NCBI GenBank assembly: GCA_951406725.2
Contig: OX597831.1
Span: forward strand, 49,724,001-49,788,000
Reading direction: 5' to 3'
Length of the DNA stretch: 64,000 bases
DNA from: Octopus vulgaris
Taxonomy: Eukaryota
Every line of letters starts with the position of its first letter. The stretch's first letter is position 1. The notes under the pieces are model-generated. The model was given only the letters and a program-made list of their open reading frames with translations, was not told the origin of the DNA and searched no databases. A program made the translations under genes and the position numbers. Positions 22,861 to 37,420 of this stretch are shown here, one piece after another.

Positions 22861-23519
22861 ATTGTTAGCACTCTTTGGAGAAAATTCATACAAGTAACCA
22901 AAGTTAACTTAGAAGTATTCATGGTTAAATAGAACCATTAAATTCAACGAGAATGTTCGTGATTACCACGTGTAATTAAGGTGAAATATAAAAGTCCAAA
23001 GTGTGAAAATGTGTGAAAATGTCCATATTACATTTGCACCTCCCGCTATAGTCATTTGCTACAATTTACCTAATGTCTATTATAATAGCTAACTTGTCGA
23101 TATAGCGACAGAAATAATTGCATATCACTCCATTCGTGCTAATTACAAATAAGAAGACAGACAGACACATGTTTTAATTGAAATGACTTTATAGTCCAAC
23201 AACTAAATTGGCACAATTTCTTTGTTATTCAGCTCTCTTGTGCGCAATATTATACACATTTGCAAATATTATGGCGATTAATGGTGCACTATTATGATTT
23301 TTCCACGGTGAATAATGTCAGGCTTGTTACGCGCAACGTACTAGCACGATTGTATGCTAAAATTCCGTAGAGTTTTCTCTTCTCATTGTTATTTTCTTCT
23401 AGTCACGCAAATGTTTATATGATTACTAGACAACCTTCCAGCAAATTAGACTCTTAACAAGAAGAATTTCATTAACACTAACACGAATCGTTATCAACAT
23501 CATTATTGTTATGATAATC

Positions 23520-23925
23520 CTTAAGTTGGCGAGCTGGCAGTATGGTTAGCACGCCGAGCAAAATGATTAGCGGTATTTCACCTGTCGCTACGTTCTGAGA
23601 TCAAATTCCGCCGAGGTCGACTTTACCTTTCATTCTTTCGGGGTCGATAAATTAAGTACCAGTGACGCACTGGGGTCGATGTATTCGACTTAATCCGTTT
23701 GTCTGTACTTGTTTGTTCCCTCAATGCTTAGCCCCTTGTGGGCTATAAAGAAATAGGTATTTCACCTGTCGCAACGTTCTGAGTTCAAATTCCACCGAAG
23801 TCCACTTTACCTTTCATCCTTTCGGGGTCGATAAATTAAGTACCAGTTGAGTACTGGGGTCTATATAATCGACTATTCACCTCCCCCAAATTTCGGGCTT
23901 TGTGCCTACGGTAGAAAGGATTATT
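23520..23925 (+). mobile_element. SINE family A, partial dimer
   Basis: A full unit to about 23758, then the body restarts at GGTATTTCACCTGTCGC with a different 3' tail; followed by degenerate (ATG)n. Confidence 0.85.
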
Positions 23926-24204
23926 ATGATAATCGTTATGTTTAGAGTGAGAGTAATGATCATGATGATCATGATGATGATGACATCGATGGCAGTCATG
24001 ATCATGATGACGTCAACGACAGCGACGAGGATGCTGCTGCCAATGATGATGACACTGACGATGATGATAATGATGGTGATCATATTGAGGTTGATAAGGA
24101 TGCTAATGATAATGATGATTATGGTAGACATGATGATGTTGATTTAGTGATAATGATAATGACATCAACGATATTTATGGCGATAAGGCTTAATCCATTA
24201 AGTG

Positions 24205-24535
24205 TTAATTGTTTCAGTCCTATGGATGTAGCCATGCTGGAGCACCAGTTTGATGAATTTTAGACGGACGAATCTATCCAAGTGATAAATTTTTAGAAGC
24301 ATGGAACGTATTCTATCGGAAAGTGTTGCCGAACGGCTAAGTTACTGGGACGTAAACATACCAATACCGGTTATCAAGTGGTGGTGGAGGAGAAACACAG
24401 GCACAAAGAAGCACAGACACTCGCCTACACAAACACACACGCACTTAAAAACACACGCACACACAGACACCCACATACACAGATACAACAGGCTTCTTTC
24501 AGTTTCGGCCTACCAAATGCACTCACATGGCTGGT
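24205..24535 (-). mobile_element. SINE family B, diverged
   Basis: GCCATGCTGGAGCACC...GGCTTCTTTCAGTTTC. Confidence 0.7.
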
Positions 24536-24549
24536 GTTGATACTGTTGT

Positions 24550-24608
24550 AATTATCATGATCATGATGATCATGATCATGATCATGATCATGATCATCAT
24601 CATCATCA

Positions 24609-24639
<31 letters not shown>

Positions 24640-24666
24640 AATTATTAATAAATAATATTATTAATA

Positions 24667-24742
<76 letters not shown>
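24550..24742. repeat. Compound (ATCATG)n/(ATC)n/(ATT)n/(AAT)n microsatellite
   Basis: Directly visible. Confidence 0.95.
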
Positions 24743-24762
24743 GTGGTCAGTCCTCTAAATTT

Positions 24763-24795
<33 letters not shown>

Positions 24796-25041
24796 TTTGC
24801 TCTGCAATCACTTCGACACCTGATATGTGGTACACAGTGCGCCTATTCATGCAACGCCGCTTTAATGAAGAGAGTGGATTAATGTGCGGCACGAAAATTT
24901 CCTCACTATAGACAAATCACATGTATAGGTAGTTCGGCAAAAGCTGAACTTCCATACGCTATTTTCGACGGAAGAGTCCATCATGTATATATATATGTAT
25001 ATGTATATGTATATATATATATACATACATATATATACATA

Positions 25042-25105
<64 letters not shown>

Positions 25106-25109
25106 TATA

Positions 25110-25262
25110 TACAAACAATCCAAACATGAACAAGCAAGAAAAAACAACAGTACGGTGTTATTGGACGCTCAAGAAAGGAAATAAAAGAAAGAGGATATCA
25201 CGTTTTGAGAGGAGCTCTTCATCAGAAATATAGAAAAAGCCCAGGGAAGGGAAGACGGAGAA

Positions 25263-25265
<3 letters not shown>
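25110..25265 (-). repeat. PLE pLTR remnant with mutated minimal hammerhead
   Basis: Minus strand CTGATGA-AGAGCTCCTCTC-AAAACGT (GAAA changed to AAAA), between microsatellites. Confidence 0.5.
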
Positions 25266-25326
<61 letters not shown>

Positions 25327-25351
25327 CACATATATATACATACATACATAC

Positions 25352-25560
<209 letters not shown>

Positions 25561-26657
25561 AATCCACTGAAAGGCTTTGGTCGCAAGGTGCTACGCAGTG
25601 ACATTGCAACCAGAACCATGTGGTTGGGAAGCAAGCTTTTTACCATATAGCCATGCCTGCGCCTATATATCAGTGTGTGTGTGTGTGTGTGTGTAAATAC
25701 CGCGTCTAAAGGCAAATACATAGAATTATATCGTATACCTACCATTTCTAGTTCCTTTCTAAATATTGACTTTTTATATTTTTAATTTTCCTGTAGAAGA
25801 AAGACATGAACATTAGCAATTTTGAGTATGTAAACAGATATGTTAAATAGTGGGCCATACGAAATATATCATTGCGTATATCAATCACCGCTTGGTGTTA
25901 TTAACCATGGTACGATGAGGAAGGTAAGATGTCATATATATAGCCTTACTTATGGCTTCGATGATTAATATCTCAAGTTCGTTCTGTAGCCAATATTTAC
26001 TTACCTTAGCATATTTTCATCTACCTGATTGTAAATAGAATATACGTGGAAGCACTGATTAGTTATGTGAGGAATTTTTGCTATTCTTAAAATATAATTA
26101 ATTATGACTACTTTACAATAATTTATTTTGTAATTTGCGGTGCTGAGCTTAGATTTGTCTCTTATCGAGAGGCATCTAAACATCTTTCGGGTTTCTAGAA
26201 TTAGAAACCAAATCTCCTGCAAATTACATCGTATTCTCTTAAGTAAAATAAAAGAATCATTGATTATTGCTACGTTGAATATGCTAGGACTGAATAAAAA
26301 AGCGAGATGGGGATTTCTTCAATCATAGGTTATCTAAATTAACACTGACATTGTGCTAAGCACGAAAACCAATGGAAATTACAATGGCATTATCAGATGT
26401 AACTGTGATCATAACGCCTTCGTTTAAAAGTTTGTGACATCATAGTTGAGAGGTGATGGTTAAAGAAATGCTTTAATATAAAATTGAAATGAATATATTA
26501 TTATTAAGCTGCGTTTTTGATCGATATCCAATAAATAATAAAAACTTTCATCGAGGCAACATCTTTTTTTTCATGGATATTGGATACAGGTCGAAACTTT
26601 GTTTTTAGCAGTAAGGAGTATTGAAGCTAACACAACTTTCAAACGGCAGGCTTATCA

Positions 26658-26726
<69 letters not shown>

Positions 26727-26763
26727 TCTCATACACACACAGACGCGCACACACGCATACATG

Positions 26764-26888
26764 CACACACACCCTCGCGCTTACACACTCCTCACACACA
26801 CCCTCGCGCTTACACACTCCTCACACACACCCTCGCGCTTACACACTCCTCACACACACCCTCGTGCTTACACACTCCTCACACACAC
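26764..26888. repeat. 29-bp minisatellite, 4 copies
   Basis: CACACACACCCTCGCGCTTACACACTCCT in tandem. Confidence 0.9.
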
Positions 26889-27388
26889 ACTCACACACAC
26901 ATATATATAGATATATTCTTTATATATAATATATGAAACACACACACATTAGTAGAATTAGATTAAAATAGCAATCTATGTATCATACTTGATGCAGATA
27001 CATTACAGGGAGCCTAATTAATTGCAGTATTCGTCTTGAGATAATATGATAATATATCTTATAGGCATACAATGGTAAGTAACACCAAAAAATTTCAGAA
27101 GCAACAAGTCTGTGGCAGTAGATCTGAAGATTCTTCTTAATAATGAAGTACTTTTTCTCGATCCACTGTTGTGTCTACGGATTTGTATACATCACTTTTC
27201 CCTAGAAGCGCCAGCATCAGCTTTGTTGCTACACTTGGGTATAACATTTGAGGGAGAAAATACTGCTTTATCGCACATCAACCTATACGTAAGGTAATAA
27301 TGTTAAAGTTTGGAGAAACACCTTCGATATGAATGTTTTTGCTATCGGGGCGATGTGCGTATAAGAGATGATTTATCTTGCATTGATA

Positions 27389-28671
27389 CGAGGGACGTTC
27401 AATAAGTAATGCCTCTGACCCACTTGCAGTTGTTTGATCTAGCTGAAAGTTTGCATGTGCAATTATTTATATCTCTATAGATTAAGTGGTAAATTACAGC
27501 TCTGTGGTTTCTGATTTACATGTGTCTGAACTGAGTCAAGTGTGAAATGGGGCCTGTTGAGTGTTGAGCAGTGATCCGGTTTTTGTATTTGAAAGGACGC
27601 ACACCATAGGAGACTTTTGATGAAATGAAAGTAACTTATGGTGATGATGCCCCATCATATGATCTTGTAAAACGCTGGCATCGTGAATTCAAACATGGTC
27701 GGAACTCTGTGGAAACAGCTCCCAGATCTGGTCGCCCCCTTCTGCCATTGATGAGGCATCTGTCCGTCAAGTTGAGGCTGCATTTTGGAAGATCGATGCA
27801 TAACTATTCGCCTAATAGCCCATGAGGTTAAGATTAGTACCGGATCTGTGGAAACTATCATTCATGACTATTTGCATATGCAAAAGGTGTCTGCAAGATG
27901 GATTCCCAGGTTGCTCACACCTTTCCAGACGCAAGAACACGTCGAGTGCTCAAGGATGAATTTGGAGATGTGCCAAGAAGATGAGTCAAAATTTTTCAAA
28001 AGACTGATTACACAGGATGAAACCTGGGTCCATCACTCTGATCCAGAGACCAAAGCCCAGTCAATGCAATGGAAGCACCGTGACTCACCTCCTCCAAAGA
28101 AGGCAAGGGTGCAGCCCTCCACTGGCAAGGTCATGCTCACAGTCTTCTGGGACCAGGACGGAGTAATGATGACAGATTTCCTGGCAAAGGATACCATAAT
28201 TACAGGAACCTATTATGCTTCACTTTTGAGAAAATTAAGAGAAGCTATCAAAATCAAGAAGGCGGGGTAAGATCAGCAAAGGCATCCTCCTCCTGCAAGA
28301 CAATGCTCTGGTCCACAACTCGCGTGTCGCCAGATCAGAAGCACAGGCGTGCGGCTATGAACTCCTCCCCCATCCTCCTACTCTCCTGACCTTTCACCCT
28401 CTGATTTTCACCTCTTTCCAGCTATGAAGTTGCTTTTGAAAGGAAAGCGTTTCCCAGATGATGCAGCCATGATTTCTGAAGTCACGTCGTGGTTGGAGGA
28501 CCAAGCTGGGGTCTTCTACAAAAACGGTCTCCAGAGCTGCATCAAACAATGGGAGAAATGCGTAACTCTGGGTGGTTCCTATGTAAAAAAAAATCTAATA
28601 ACAGCGCCAAGTTTCGTTGCTCTACTGCTATGGGAAGTAGGTCAAGGGCATTACTTATTGAACGCCCCTCG
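27389..28671 (+). mobile_element. Full-length mariner transposon (DD34D type), 1283 bp
   Basis: TA TSD; TIRs CGAGGG(A/G)CGTTCAATAAGTAATGCC at both ends. Confidence 0.96.
27547..28600 (+). pseudogene. Mariner transposase, with frameshifts and stops
   Basis: PRSGRP, WIPRLL, ITQDETWVHH, GKVMLTVFWD, LLLQDNA and YSPDLSPSDFHLF, spread over several frames. Confidence 0.95.
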
Positions 28672-28914
28672 TATATAAGTTCTATGGTATTTGACAGCAC
28701 TTCATTTAGTGCCATCCTGGTATTCATCATGCATATCTAATTGCTCATATGTTGCCTGTTTGTGGAGCAATCCCTTTAAAACGCGCATCTCCAACCTGAT
28801 ATTCATCAAGCATATCCCATTATTTTTATATACCTGTTTGCATTGCCATCTTTCCAAGACGAGTCAGTCGTTCATTAGTTGTCTAAAGTTATCAATTTGT
28901 AGCCTGTCTCTTTT

Positions 28915-29312
28915 ACTCGTTTACTCGTTTACTCTTTTACTTGTTTCAGTCATTTGACTGTGGCCATTCTGGAGCACCGCCTTTAGTCGAGTAAGTCGAC
29001 CCCAGGACTTATTCTGTGTAGGCCTAGTACTTAGTCTATCGGTTACTTTTGCCGAACCGCTAAATTAAGGGGACGTAAACACACCAACATCGGTTGTCAA
29101 ACATATACACACAAACATATACACACATACATACATATATACATATATACGACGGGCTTCTTTCAGTTTCCGTCTACCAAATCCACTCACAAGGCTTTGG
29201 TCGGCCCGACGCTATAGTAGAAGACACTTGCCCAAGGTGCCACGAAGTGGGACTGAACCCGGAACCATGTGGTTGGTAAGCAAGCTACTTACCACACAAC
29301 CACTCGTACGCC
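28915..29312 (-). mobile_element. SINE family B
   Basis: Near full-length reverse-complement match to 61172-61581. Confidence 0.9.
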
Positions 29313-29399
29313 TTGTAGCATTCTACTCAAGGTGCACCAAGTTGTATCTCAGATTTACTTTGAAGTCACTGTTATTACAATCAATATATTTCTACTGAC

Positions 29400-30480
29400 C
29401 GAAAAGCAAACTTTCGCTTGGCAGTACAGGATCTTGTGGATCTTGTGATAGAAGCTTCAGTAAGAATAGTAAAATACAGAACTGTAAGTTAAAGGAAATA
29501 TAAGAGATCGAATCACAGCAAGAAATGTATTTGTATAGTAAAAATAAAATGTAAAAGATTTGCAAATGTGAATGATGTTTCATTTGAGTGGCAATTGATA
29601 TCGTAATATAAACAACGAGGTTTACAAAGATATGGAAAGAAACAACTAAAGGGAGATTGTAAAGAAACGGCAATAGTAAATATAAAAGTGCTGCGCAAGT
29701 CATGAAGGAAAGCAACGTGTCTGTTATCAGCCAACATATTTTATTTTTCAAAAGTTTGTTTATGAAGAAATGTTTAACAGATTGAGAATAAAAACGAAAT
29801 AGAGGACAGAAAGGAAAGAAGAATTAATAGTATTAGAGGAGAAAGAAAGATAAAAACGTTATAAGCGAGAACAAGCGAGAAGAGAAATTGATCGTATAGG
29901 TGTTTGAAAATTGGAAGATATAGAAAACGAGAAAGAATGGAAATGCAAAGAATGGAAGAGAGAAATGGGAGGCGGATGTGCGATGTGCGGAGGTAAGAAT
30001 TTCTATCAGTATGATAGAGATAAAATGGCAATGTTGAACTTCTCAGAGCAGCAGCAGAGCAATGGAAGCAGATGATAAGGAAAAGGAAAGGAGACAACCA
30101 CGGAAGTAAGAAAGCTTTCAATGACATAATGAAATAAATGTCAGGGATTCGATACTAAAGGAAAAATTGAACAAATATGATTTTAAATGTTAGCAAAAAG
30201 GTTAATTAGGAAATGGAAAATTAAAAATAATAGCAATACGTTTAAAGCAAGGCAGAATGTAAAGAAATAGCCGCCAGAATTAAACAGTACTACATGTTGC
30301 TATCATATTTTAGCAAGCAACATGTGTATGGAGAAATGATGAATCGGAGCAAAACATAGAATAAAAACAAAACAAAAAAATGGAGGCAGAAAAAGTATAG
30401 AACAAGGCATTTATAGATTTGATGGTGAGAGTAGAGATACCAGAGATATGTAAATATTAAAAGTGCTGAGATGCGAATTA
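29400..30480 (+). mobile_element. Probable heavily decayed LINE sequence
   Basis: Strong purine skew and faint peptides (RITARNVF, KAFID); no continuous frame. Confidence 0.3.
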
Positions 30481-30685
30481 GATGAAAAGCAAAAGCTGCT
30501 GTTCCCGATGGAAAATATGGATACACAGTTTTTCATATATATATATACACCCATATATATATATATATATACATATATACATATAGATAGATAGATAAAT
30601 AGATAGATAGTTAATAGAGAGGAAAGTAGTGTGTGTATATACATAATACATACATACACACACACACATACACACACACACACAC

Positions 30686-30748
<63 letters not shown>

Positions 30749-31959
30749 GCAGATAGTATATGTATAAAACAGGAACTATGCTTTTGCGAATTAGATTTTA
30801 ATTTTAGATACCGCTATAGTTGTGAGTTGACATAAACATTCTTTTGGGTCCCTCATCCTTGACTCAGTTGAGCATCCAAACTGCGGTGGTTGAAGAAAGA
30901 GAGGACTGCAGCAGAACTCAGCTTCATAAACAGATACAACGTAAAATGGTGTGCATGATCGATACACAACAAACTGTCAAATCTCGGAATTGATCTCACG
31001 AATATAAACAATGAAACTAACCACCAGGCCACAGTAGAAACATTACAAAGACAAATATAATACCATGTGGGATATCGAAATTTTCTCTGTACTTTCTGAG
31101 TTCAGATTCCAATGGACTCGACTAAAACTTTCCTATTCTGTACTTGAGTCGATATTATGAATTATATTTCTCTTTCAATTTTGTGGTCATGTATATAGGT
31201 TAGAACGCATTGTTATTGCTGATGTGAAGTTTTCAAAGCTATAGAATATCTAACTAAATCATTTCAAGTCTGAGTTAAATACATCTACGTTCAGAGTACA
31301 AATGCCATCCACGTTAACTTTGATTTCAATCTTCTGGGGTTGATACAAATGAGTTCCATTTCTATACTAGGGTTGGTCAGTATTTATAAAGTCGAAGCCT
31401 GTTAAATATCAGTATTGTGACTGAATTAATTTGTTGATTTATATGTAGGTATAGAATATCCTCCTTCCTGGAGAGGAAATCGCTCTGGTGTAACTAACTC
31501 CGAGTTAATAAAATTTGATAATGATATAATATGACTCGATTAGTACCAAACGAAATTAGAACAGGCAAGATGAACTCAAAATACCGGGTGCATGTTATTT
31601 GGTGAAGTATGCGCAACTGAAAAAGAAATCACCACATTTTAAATCGGAAACTAATGTTATTTTAATTGTGAGAATGCAGATGAATGCATGATCATTTTTC
31701 GTTTCAATATGTTGGGTCTTTCATAAATCCCTTTAGCATGTAAATGATATGTAATATATCCAATTATTTTCTTACACTTTTGTTCATGTATATATTTGAA
31801 TACATTCTCTGCAATTTTTTGTAGCTAAAATATTCCTGAAGTTCACAAATGCCATCAGTCACATAAATACAGCAAAATGTTCAATATAAATACGATCATT
31901 ATTAGCTATAATTGCCTCCACATCATAGGATCAATGATTTTCAACCACAATAAAAATAA

Positions 31960-32460
31960 CAACATTAGGAATATCCCCCACAAACCCTGTAATTGTAGAT
32001 CACCAGATTGCTGCCTCTTGAACAATAGTGCCTGAAAATGAATTAGCGTACAAGGCCAGCATTACAGATTTGAATGGAACAACAAAGAATTTCATGGAAA
32101 GACATGAAATGCCGTCACGGAGGAGAAATATGCGGCATTTGACTTCATTCAGAGATTTGGTTTTTACTTCTAGAAGGTTGGGAGACGTTTGGAGGGTTCC
32201 TGATTAGAGATGAATCTGAGCTCAGCTCTGCAAATTAAAAAAAACGCAAGATACACAATATCTTTATCCCCCATATAAATTGGAGCATCATAGATAAGGC
32301 CAGGAAATATAGGGGACGGGTCAGTAAATGTGAACTCTGCATTATGGAGAAACTAAATATCATGACATCAATAGGAAGCGTTTAAAATATTAGGGAAACA
32401 TCTCCCCTTGCATGCAAAAGTAACAATTTATGCTTCGAAATTACAAACATGACACCGACC
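31960..32460 (+). pseudogene. Decayed PLE (Naiad-like) linker plus GIY-YIG fragment
   Basis: KPCNCRSPDCCLL zinc-knuckle linker, LAYKA and INWSIIDKARKYRGRVSKCELCIMEKLNI. Confidence 0.8.
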
Positions 32461-33254
32461 CACTGTGTCACCCCTCCAACCTGGATAAATGTTTGGACAT
32501 TGTTTGTACACACATTATGCTTTATATGTACTTCGTGCATGAAGGACATTGTACTCCTATGAACTTATGCTGGATTCCCTTACTACAAAGATACTTGTAC
32601 ATAGCATATATTCACGCCATCACATGATTCACAGAAAAATAAATATATGCATATGATCTTATAAATTTACGGCTCCATGAACTAAATTTAGCTTGGAAAA
32701 TCTGTGGAAATCCCATACTTATGCAAGACTGACCCCGAAACCACGTAGATGCAATTTGAACTTTCTAACCACACAGCTACGCTTGCGCCTATGTACAAAC
32801 ACACACACACACATGTATGTATATGAGAAAAATGTTATCACAAAAATGAAAGAGTGTTCAGTGTCCTAAAAAGGGTCAATCATTTAGTAATCCTCTCCTT
32901 TTATCAGACTATACCATATTCAATTCTCTGGAGTGGAACGGATTACAGTATGATCAGTAGACTAGCAAACCATGAAAATCTGAAGCGTAACACTCAACGT
33001 GGGATGGGATTAGATGTGTCATAAAGGCAGCGGAGCGGTGGATTAAAGCTGCTGTGAGAAGGGAGCAGGTGTTATATAAGAATAGGGAGAAGGGGAGAGA
33101 GAGGGACGCTCATTAAGAAACTCAACTAACCATTTCGTTTGTCGGTTTATATCCAGAGTTTGAATTGTCCTGTATATTTTAAGTATTTGCTGTTTCATTT
33201 TGTATCTTTCAATAGTGCTGTTATTGTTTTTGCTGTTAAGATGACGAGCTGGAA

Positions 33255-33455
33255 GGACCACTAGCACGCTGGACCGGACGAAATGCTTAGCAACGTTTCA
33301 TCCGTCTTTTCGTACTGATTTTAAAAAATTCTACCGACGTGTACTTTACTTTTTAACCTTTTGGAAGTTATAAAATAAGTAACAGTCGAGCACTGGGATT
33401 GGTGTAATCGATTAGCTCCCCCACCACACCAAATTTCAGGCCTTACGCCTACACG
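33255..33455 (+). mobile_element. SINE family A, diverged
   Basis: TAGCACGCTGGACCGGACGAAATGCTTAGC...AAATTTCAGGCCTT. Confidence 0.6.
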
Positions 33456-33529
33456 TTATCCTGTAGACCTATGATGGCCGGCATTCAAGCCTTAACCACC
33501 GTGTCTTTTTGTTTGGACATTATGTATAC

Positions 33530-33728
33530 TCTTTCATTTGTTTTCAGTCATTTGACTGTGGCCATGCCGGAGCACCGCCCATAGTCGGGCAAACCAACAT
33601 CAAGACTTATTCTCTGTAAGCCTAGTATTTATTCTATCTTTTGCTGAACTGCTAAGTTACGGGGACGTAAACACACCACCATCAGTTGTCAAGTGATGTT
33701 GGAAGGACAAACACAGACACACAAACAT

Positions 33729-33778
<50 letters not shown>

Positions 33779-33940
33779 GACGGGCTTCTTTCAGTTTCCG
33801 TCTACCAAATCCACTCACAAGGCTTTGGTCGGCCCAAGGCTCTAGCAGAAGACATTTGCCCAAGGTGCCACGCTGTGGGACTGAACCTTGAACCATGTGG
33901 TTCTTAAGCAAGCTACTTATCACACAGCCACTCCTACCCC
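33530..33940 (-). mobile_element. SINE family B
   Basis: Near full-length match. Confidence 0.9.
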
Positions 33941-34409
33941 TAGAACTAAATTATACAAAATATATACACAAGTTTTTAAAGACAGTAAAATGAGATTCGA
34001 CAAATAATTTAGCAGCTAAATTTAACAAGTCGAGTAACTGCATACATTATTTAGTTGTATTTTTATTTGTTTAATTCAGAGAAAAATAAAGAATTAAACA
34101 TTTGCTAGATGTCGCTGGATGTGATTCAGTGGTTGGCAGCTTTCATTCCTCTCACATTATTTATATGAATCACCGAATAAACGAACGAATTATTCTGTCC
34201 TACTTGATGCTAAACATCGCGCTCGGATACTACGCATACAGTTTATCAGTTGCAATCCATCTATTATTATCTAGACTTCTTGCTTTGTCAGTTTGAAACC
34301 TTGTAGTTTATAGCATGCAGATATAAATATTCAAGTAGAAAATATACCAACATAGAAATGACAGATGTTATTGCTAAATGGTACAAGCAACTCCAATTCG
34401 TAACAGTGT

Positions 34410-35022
34410 CGATAATAATTTCTAATTTAGGTACAATACTAGCAATTTTGACGGTATGGAAGTAGTCTGTTCTATCGACGAAGAGTAATTGAGAGGCACT
34501 TTATTTTATTGGCACATATATAATGAAAAGCCTAATTGACCTTTATGATATCTTAACTCAGAATATACATGGGAGTGGATACAACAATGAATTATATCTA
34601 TCACCGATCTACATTTCATAATTTCTGATTCAGACACCACGCTAATAATTTATAGAGAGATATTAGCCGATCAAATCGATTTCAGGTTTTGAAACGTACT
34701 TTATCGTATCGACCCCAGATTTATGAAAGGCCGAGTTGACCTTAGCATTTTTTTTTATATCTCATAAGCACCCGGAGCTATAACGATTCTCTATCATCCT
34801 CTATAACGATTCCTAACATGGGCTCCAAATTAGCAATTTTCGAGGAGGAGATTTTCGAATAAATCGTCCCTAGTATTTAACTGGTATTTTATTTTATCGA
34901 TCTCGAAAACATGAAATGATGAGTTGAACTTGGAGGAATTTAAGCTCAGAACATTAAGAACCAGAATAAATATCACAAGTATTTTCCAACGCTCTAACTA
35001 TTCAGATAATCTACCGTTCTTG
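34410..35022 (-). mobile_element. Cluster of three old SINE family A relics
   Basis: Recurrent ATGAAA(G)...GTTGAC and ACTCAGAA motifs near 34520, 34720 and 34910. Confidence 0.5.
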
Positions 35023-36022
35023 AGAGTTTAAATACTAACACGGGGCATCTATTTACTGTAAATGAGAAAATGTACTATCAATTAAATAGCAAGCTATTGT
35101 CAGCAGAGTTGTCGTTTGAATTCAGTTGCCTTTAAGTATCTATTCATGTTAATGTCGTCTCTAACTCTCTTGAAATCTTAAATTTTCGATGGAAAGGTAA
35201 TTTTATTATGCACTTCCAGAAGCCTCAGGGATCGCACTGAATCATGGCTCTTGCGTAAATCTGAGGAGGGATTTAATCTCCGCGTACAATAACGAAAAAA
35301 GTAAAAGACAAGAACATTAGTGAATAGATATAATTTTCCCAAGAAGTTGAATTCTTCGAATTAGAATACGATCTTCAATTGTATTTTGCTGTTTCATTTT
35401 ACAGCTTTGAACGAGGTTTCCATACACCTAGACTGCAGCATTGACTATGTAATGGATAGAGTAAAACGTCGCTGTGAGCTTAAAATCCAATGAACACTTG
35501 TTTGGATAAAATTCCGTATCATATCGACTTGGATATTTACAGCTTTACATGACGTTTTTTCATTTCTTAACAATAATCATATTCATTTTTGCGCAAGTTG
35601 GATAAATTAAGTTTCATAACCACTACAACAAGGAACACATAAGACAAAAGCAACAGAAAATACAGCCATAGCATTTTAAACACCGATATTTTGTTTATTG
35701 TTTTTATAAATGCCTCTAGTAATTTCTTAATTTAAATATTTTTAAAGAAATAATAGAATATAACTGCAATTCATGAACCACTAATTGAAATAATATTGTT
35801 TAAAAATAATTTGAATTAAAAATTAAAGCTTCCCTGAGGAAAGTGTATTTAAAGCAAACATATTTAAAGTTGTAAATTTGGCTTTTCTTTGCTTTATACA
35901 GAATTGAGAAATGCTAATAACTGACAAATCGTTTAGCGTCCGAAAATTTGTATTATACCACACGACCAAAGTCATTAGTTTTTATACATACATACATACA
36001 TACATACATACATACATACATA

Positions 36023-36063
<41 letters not shown>

Positions 36064-36114
36064 TATATACATACATATACATACATACATATACATACAT
36101 ATACATATACATAC

Positions 36115-36190
<76 letters not shown>

Positions 36191-36963
36191 ATGTATGTTT
36201 GTATGTATACACATATACACATACATATGTACATATACATAAATACAGATTGCCTCAAGGTTCAAATAATTCATTTTCAGTTATATATCAGTGATTGCTG
36301 TGTAAATTGCAATTATATTATTTTTATTATCTCAACAAGAAAATTATAACCTACATCCATGATAATATGTATTTGCACAAAATGTCAGAATATGAGTGAC
36401 GGATATCAATTCTTCTTTAGTGAATCTGGAAGTAATTTAGTGAGTGTTGCTTGATGAGATGGCTGACAATGAATGCATTTCAATATTTGATTTTCCTTTC
36501 CTTACGCAAACTTGATTCTGTCATTGATATTGTTGAAAATACCATATAATTGTAGGTTTGAATAATGGTAGCCATGAGCGATGTTTTGGTCAGACTGAGA
36601 ACCAACACAGGTAGATATTGCTGCTTCGCCATATGTCATTCCTTATTAAGCAGAAATATAATAAAAGACAATGGAAGACTGACTACTTCACCGATATTCG
36701 CAGATATGCTACACACCAGAGCTTACTATCTAACGTCACCATATTTTTTAGAAACCAGAATATAATTTGAAAAGCACAGTCACCGCGTGTTCAAGAAGTT
36801 CGCTTTGCGTCACATAGTTTCGGATTCATTTGAACTGTGCCACTGTGCGGCAGTTTTGTTAGGTATCTTCTAATATAACCATGGGTCGACCAATGCCTTT
36901 TAAGTGAATTTGGTCGACAGGAACTCAGTGAAGTCACGTCAAATATAGATACATAATACATAC

Positions 36964-37039
<76 letters not shown>

Positions 37040-37124
37040 AATATTAGGGAATAAATCCAAATTTACAGGGAAAAATCAGATTTAGGATTGAATCCAATTT
37101 TATAGTAAAATATTATATTATATT

Positions 37125-37375
37125 AATTAGAGACAAAATCACTATTATGCAAATCAAACAAAGAAAGACTTAAGCCAATACATAAAATAATTTATATAAT
37201 TAAATTTAATTAAAATAACCACTACGATCGTTTCGTGTCAGCACTTCTATGAGACATTCTTCAGGTGGTTTCAAAACCTAAAATATAATCAATATTTTTT
37301 ATTATATAAATTATTTTATGTATTGGCTTAAGTCTTTCTTTGTTTGATTTGCATAATAGTGGTTTTGTCTCTAAT

Positions 37376-37376
<1 letters not shown>
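37125..37376. repeat. 76-bp inverted repeat enclosing a hammerhead motif
   Basis: 37125-37200 versus 37301-37376, one mismatch. Confidence 0.9.
37217..37270 (-). ncRNA. Type I hammerhead ribozyme motif
   Basis: AACCAC-CTGAAGA-ATGTC...GACAC-GAAAC-GATC-GTA-GTGGTT: 6-bp stem I, palindromic ACGATCGT stem III. Confidence 0.85.

Positions 37377-37420
<44 letters not shown>

Noticed and set aside
23877-24147. Met- and Ile-rich ORFs
   Set aside because: Degenerate (ATG)n microsatellite.
26764-26888. 29-bp repeats as a CRISPR array
   Set aside because: Head-to-tail with no unique spacers, in a eukaryotic context with no cas genes.
27565-27570. Early TGA in the mariner transposase as recoding
   Set aside because: The element has several frameshifts, and this stop fits ordinary CGA>TGA decay.
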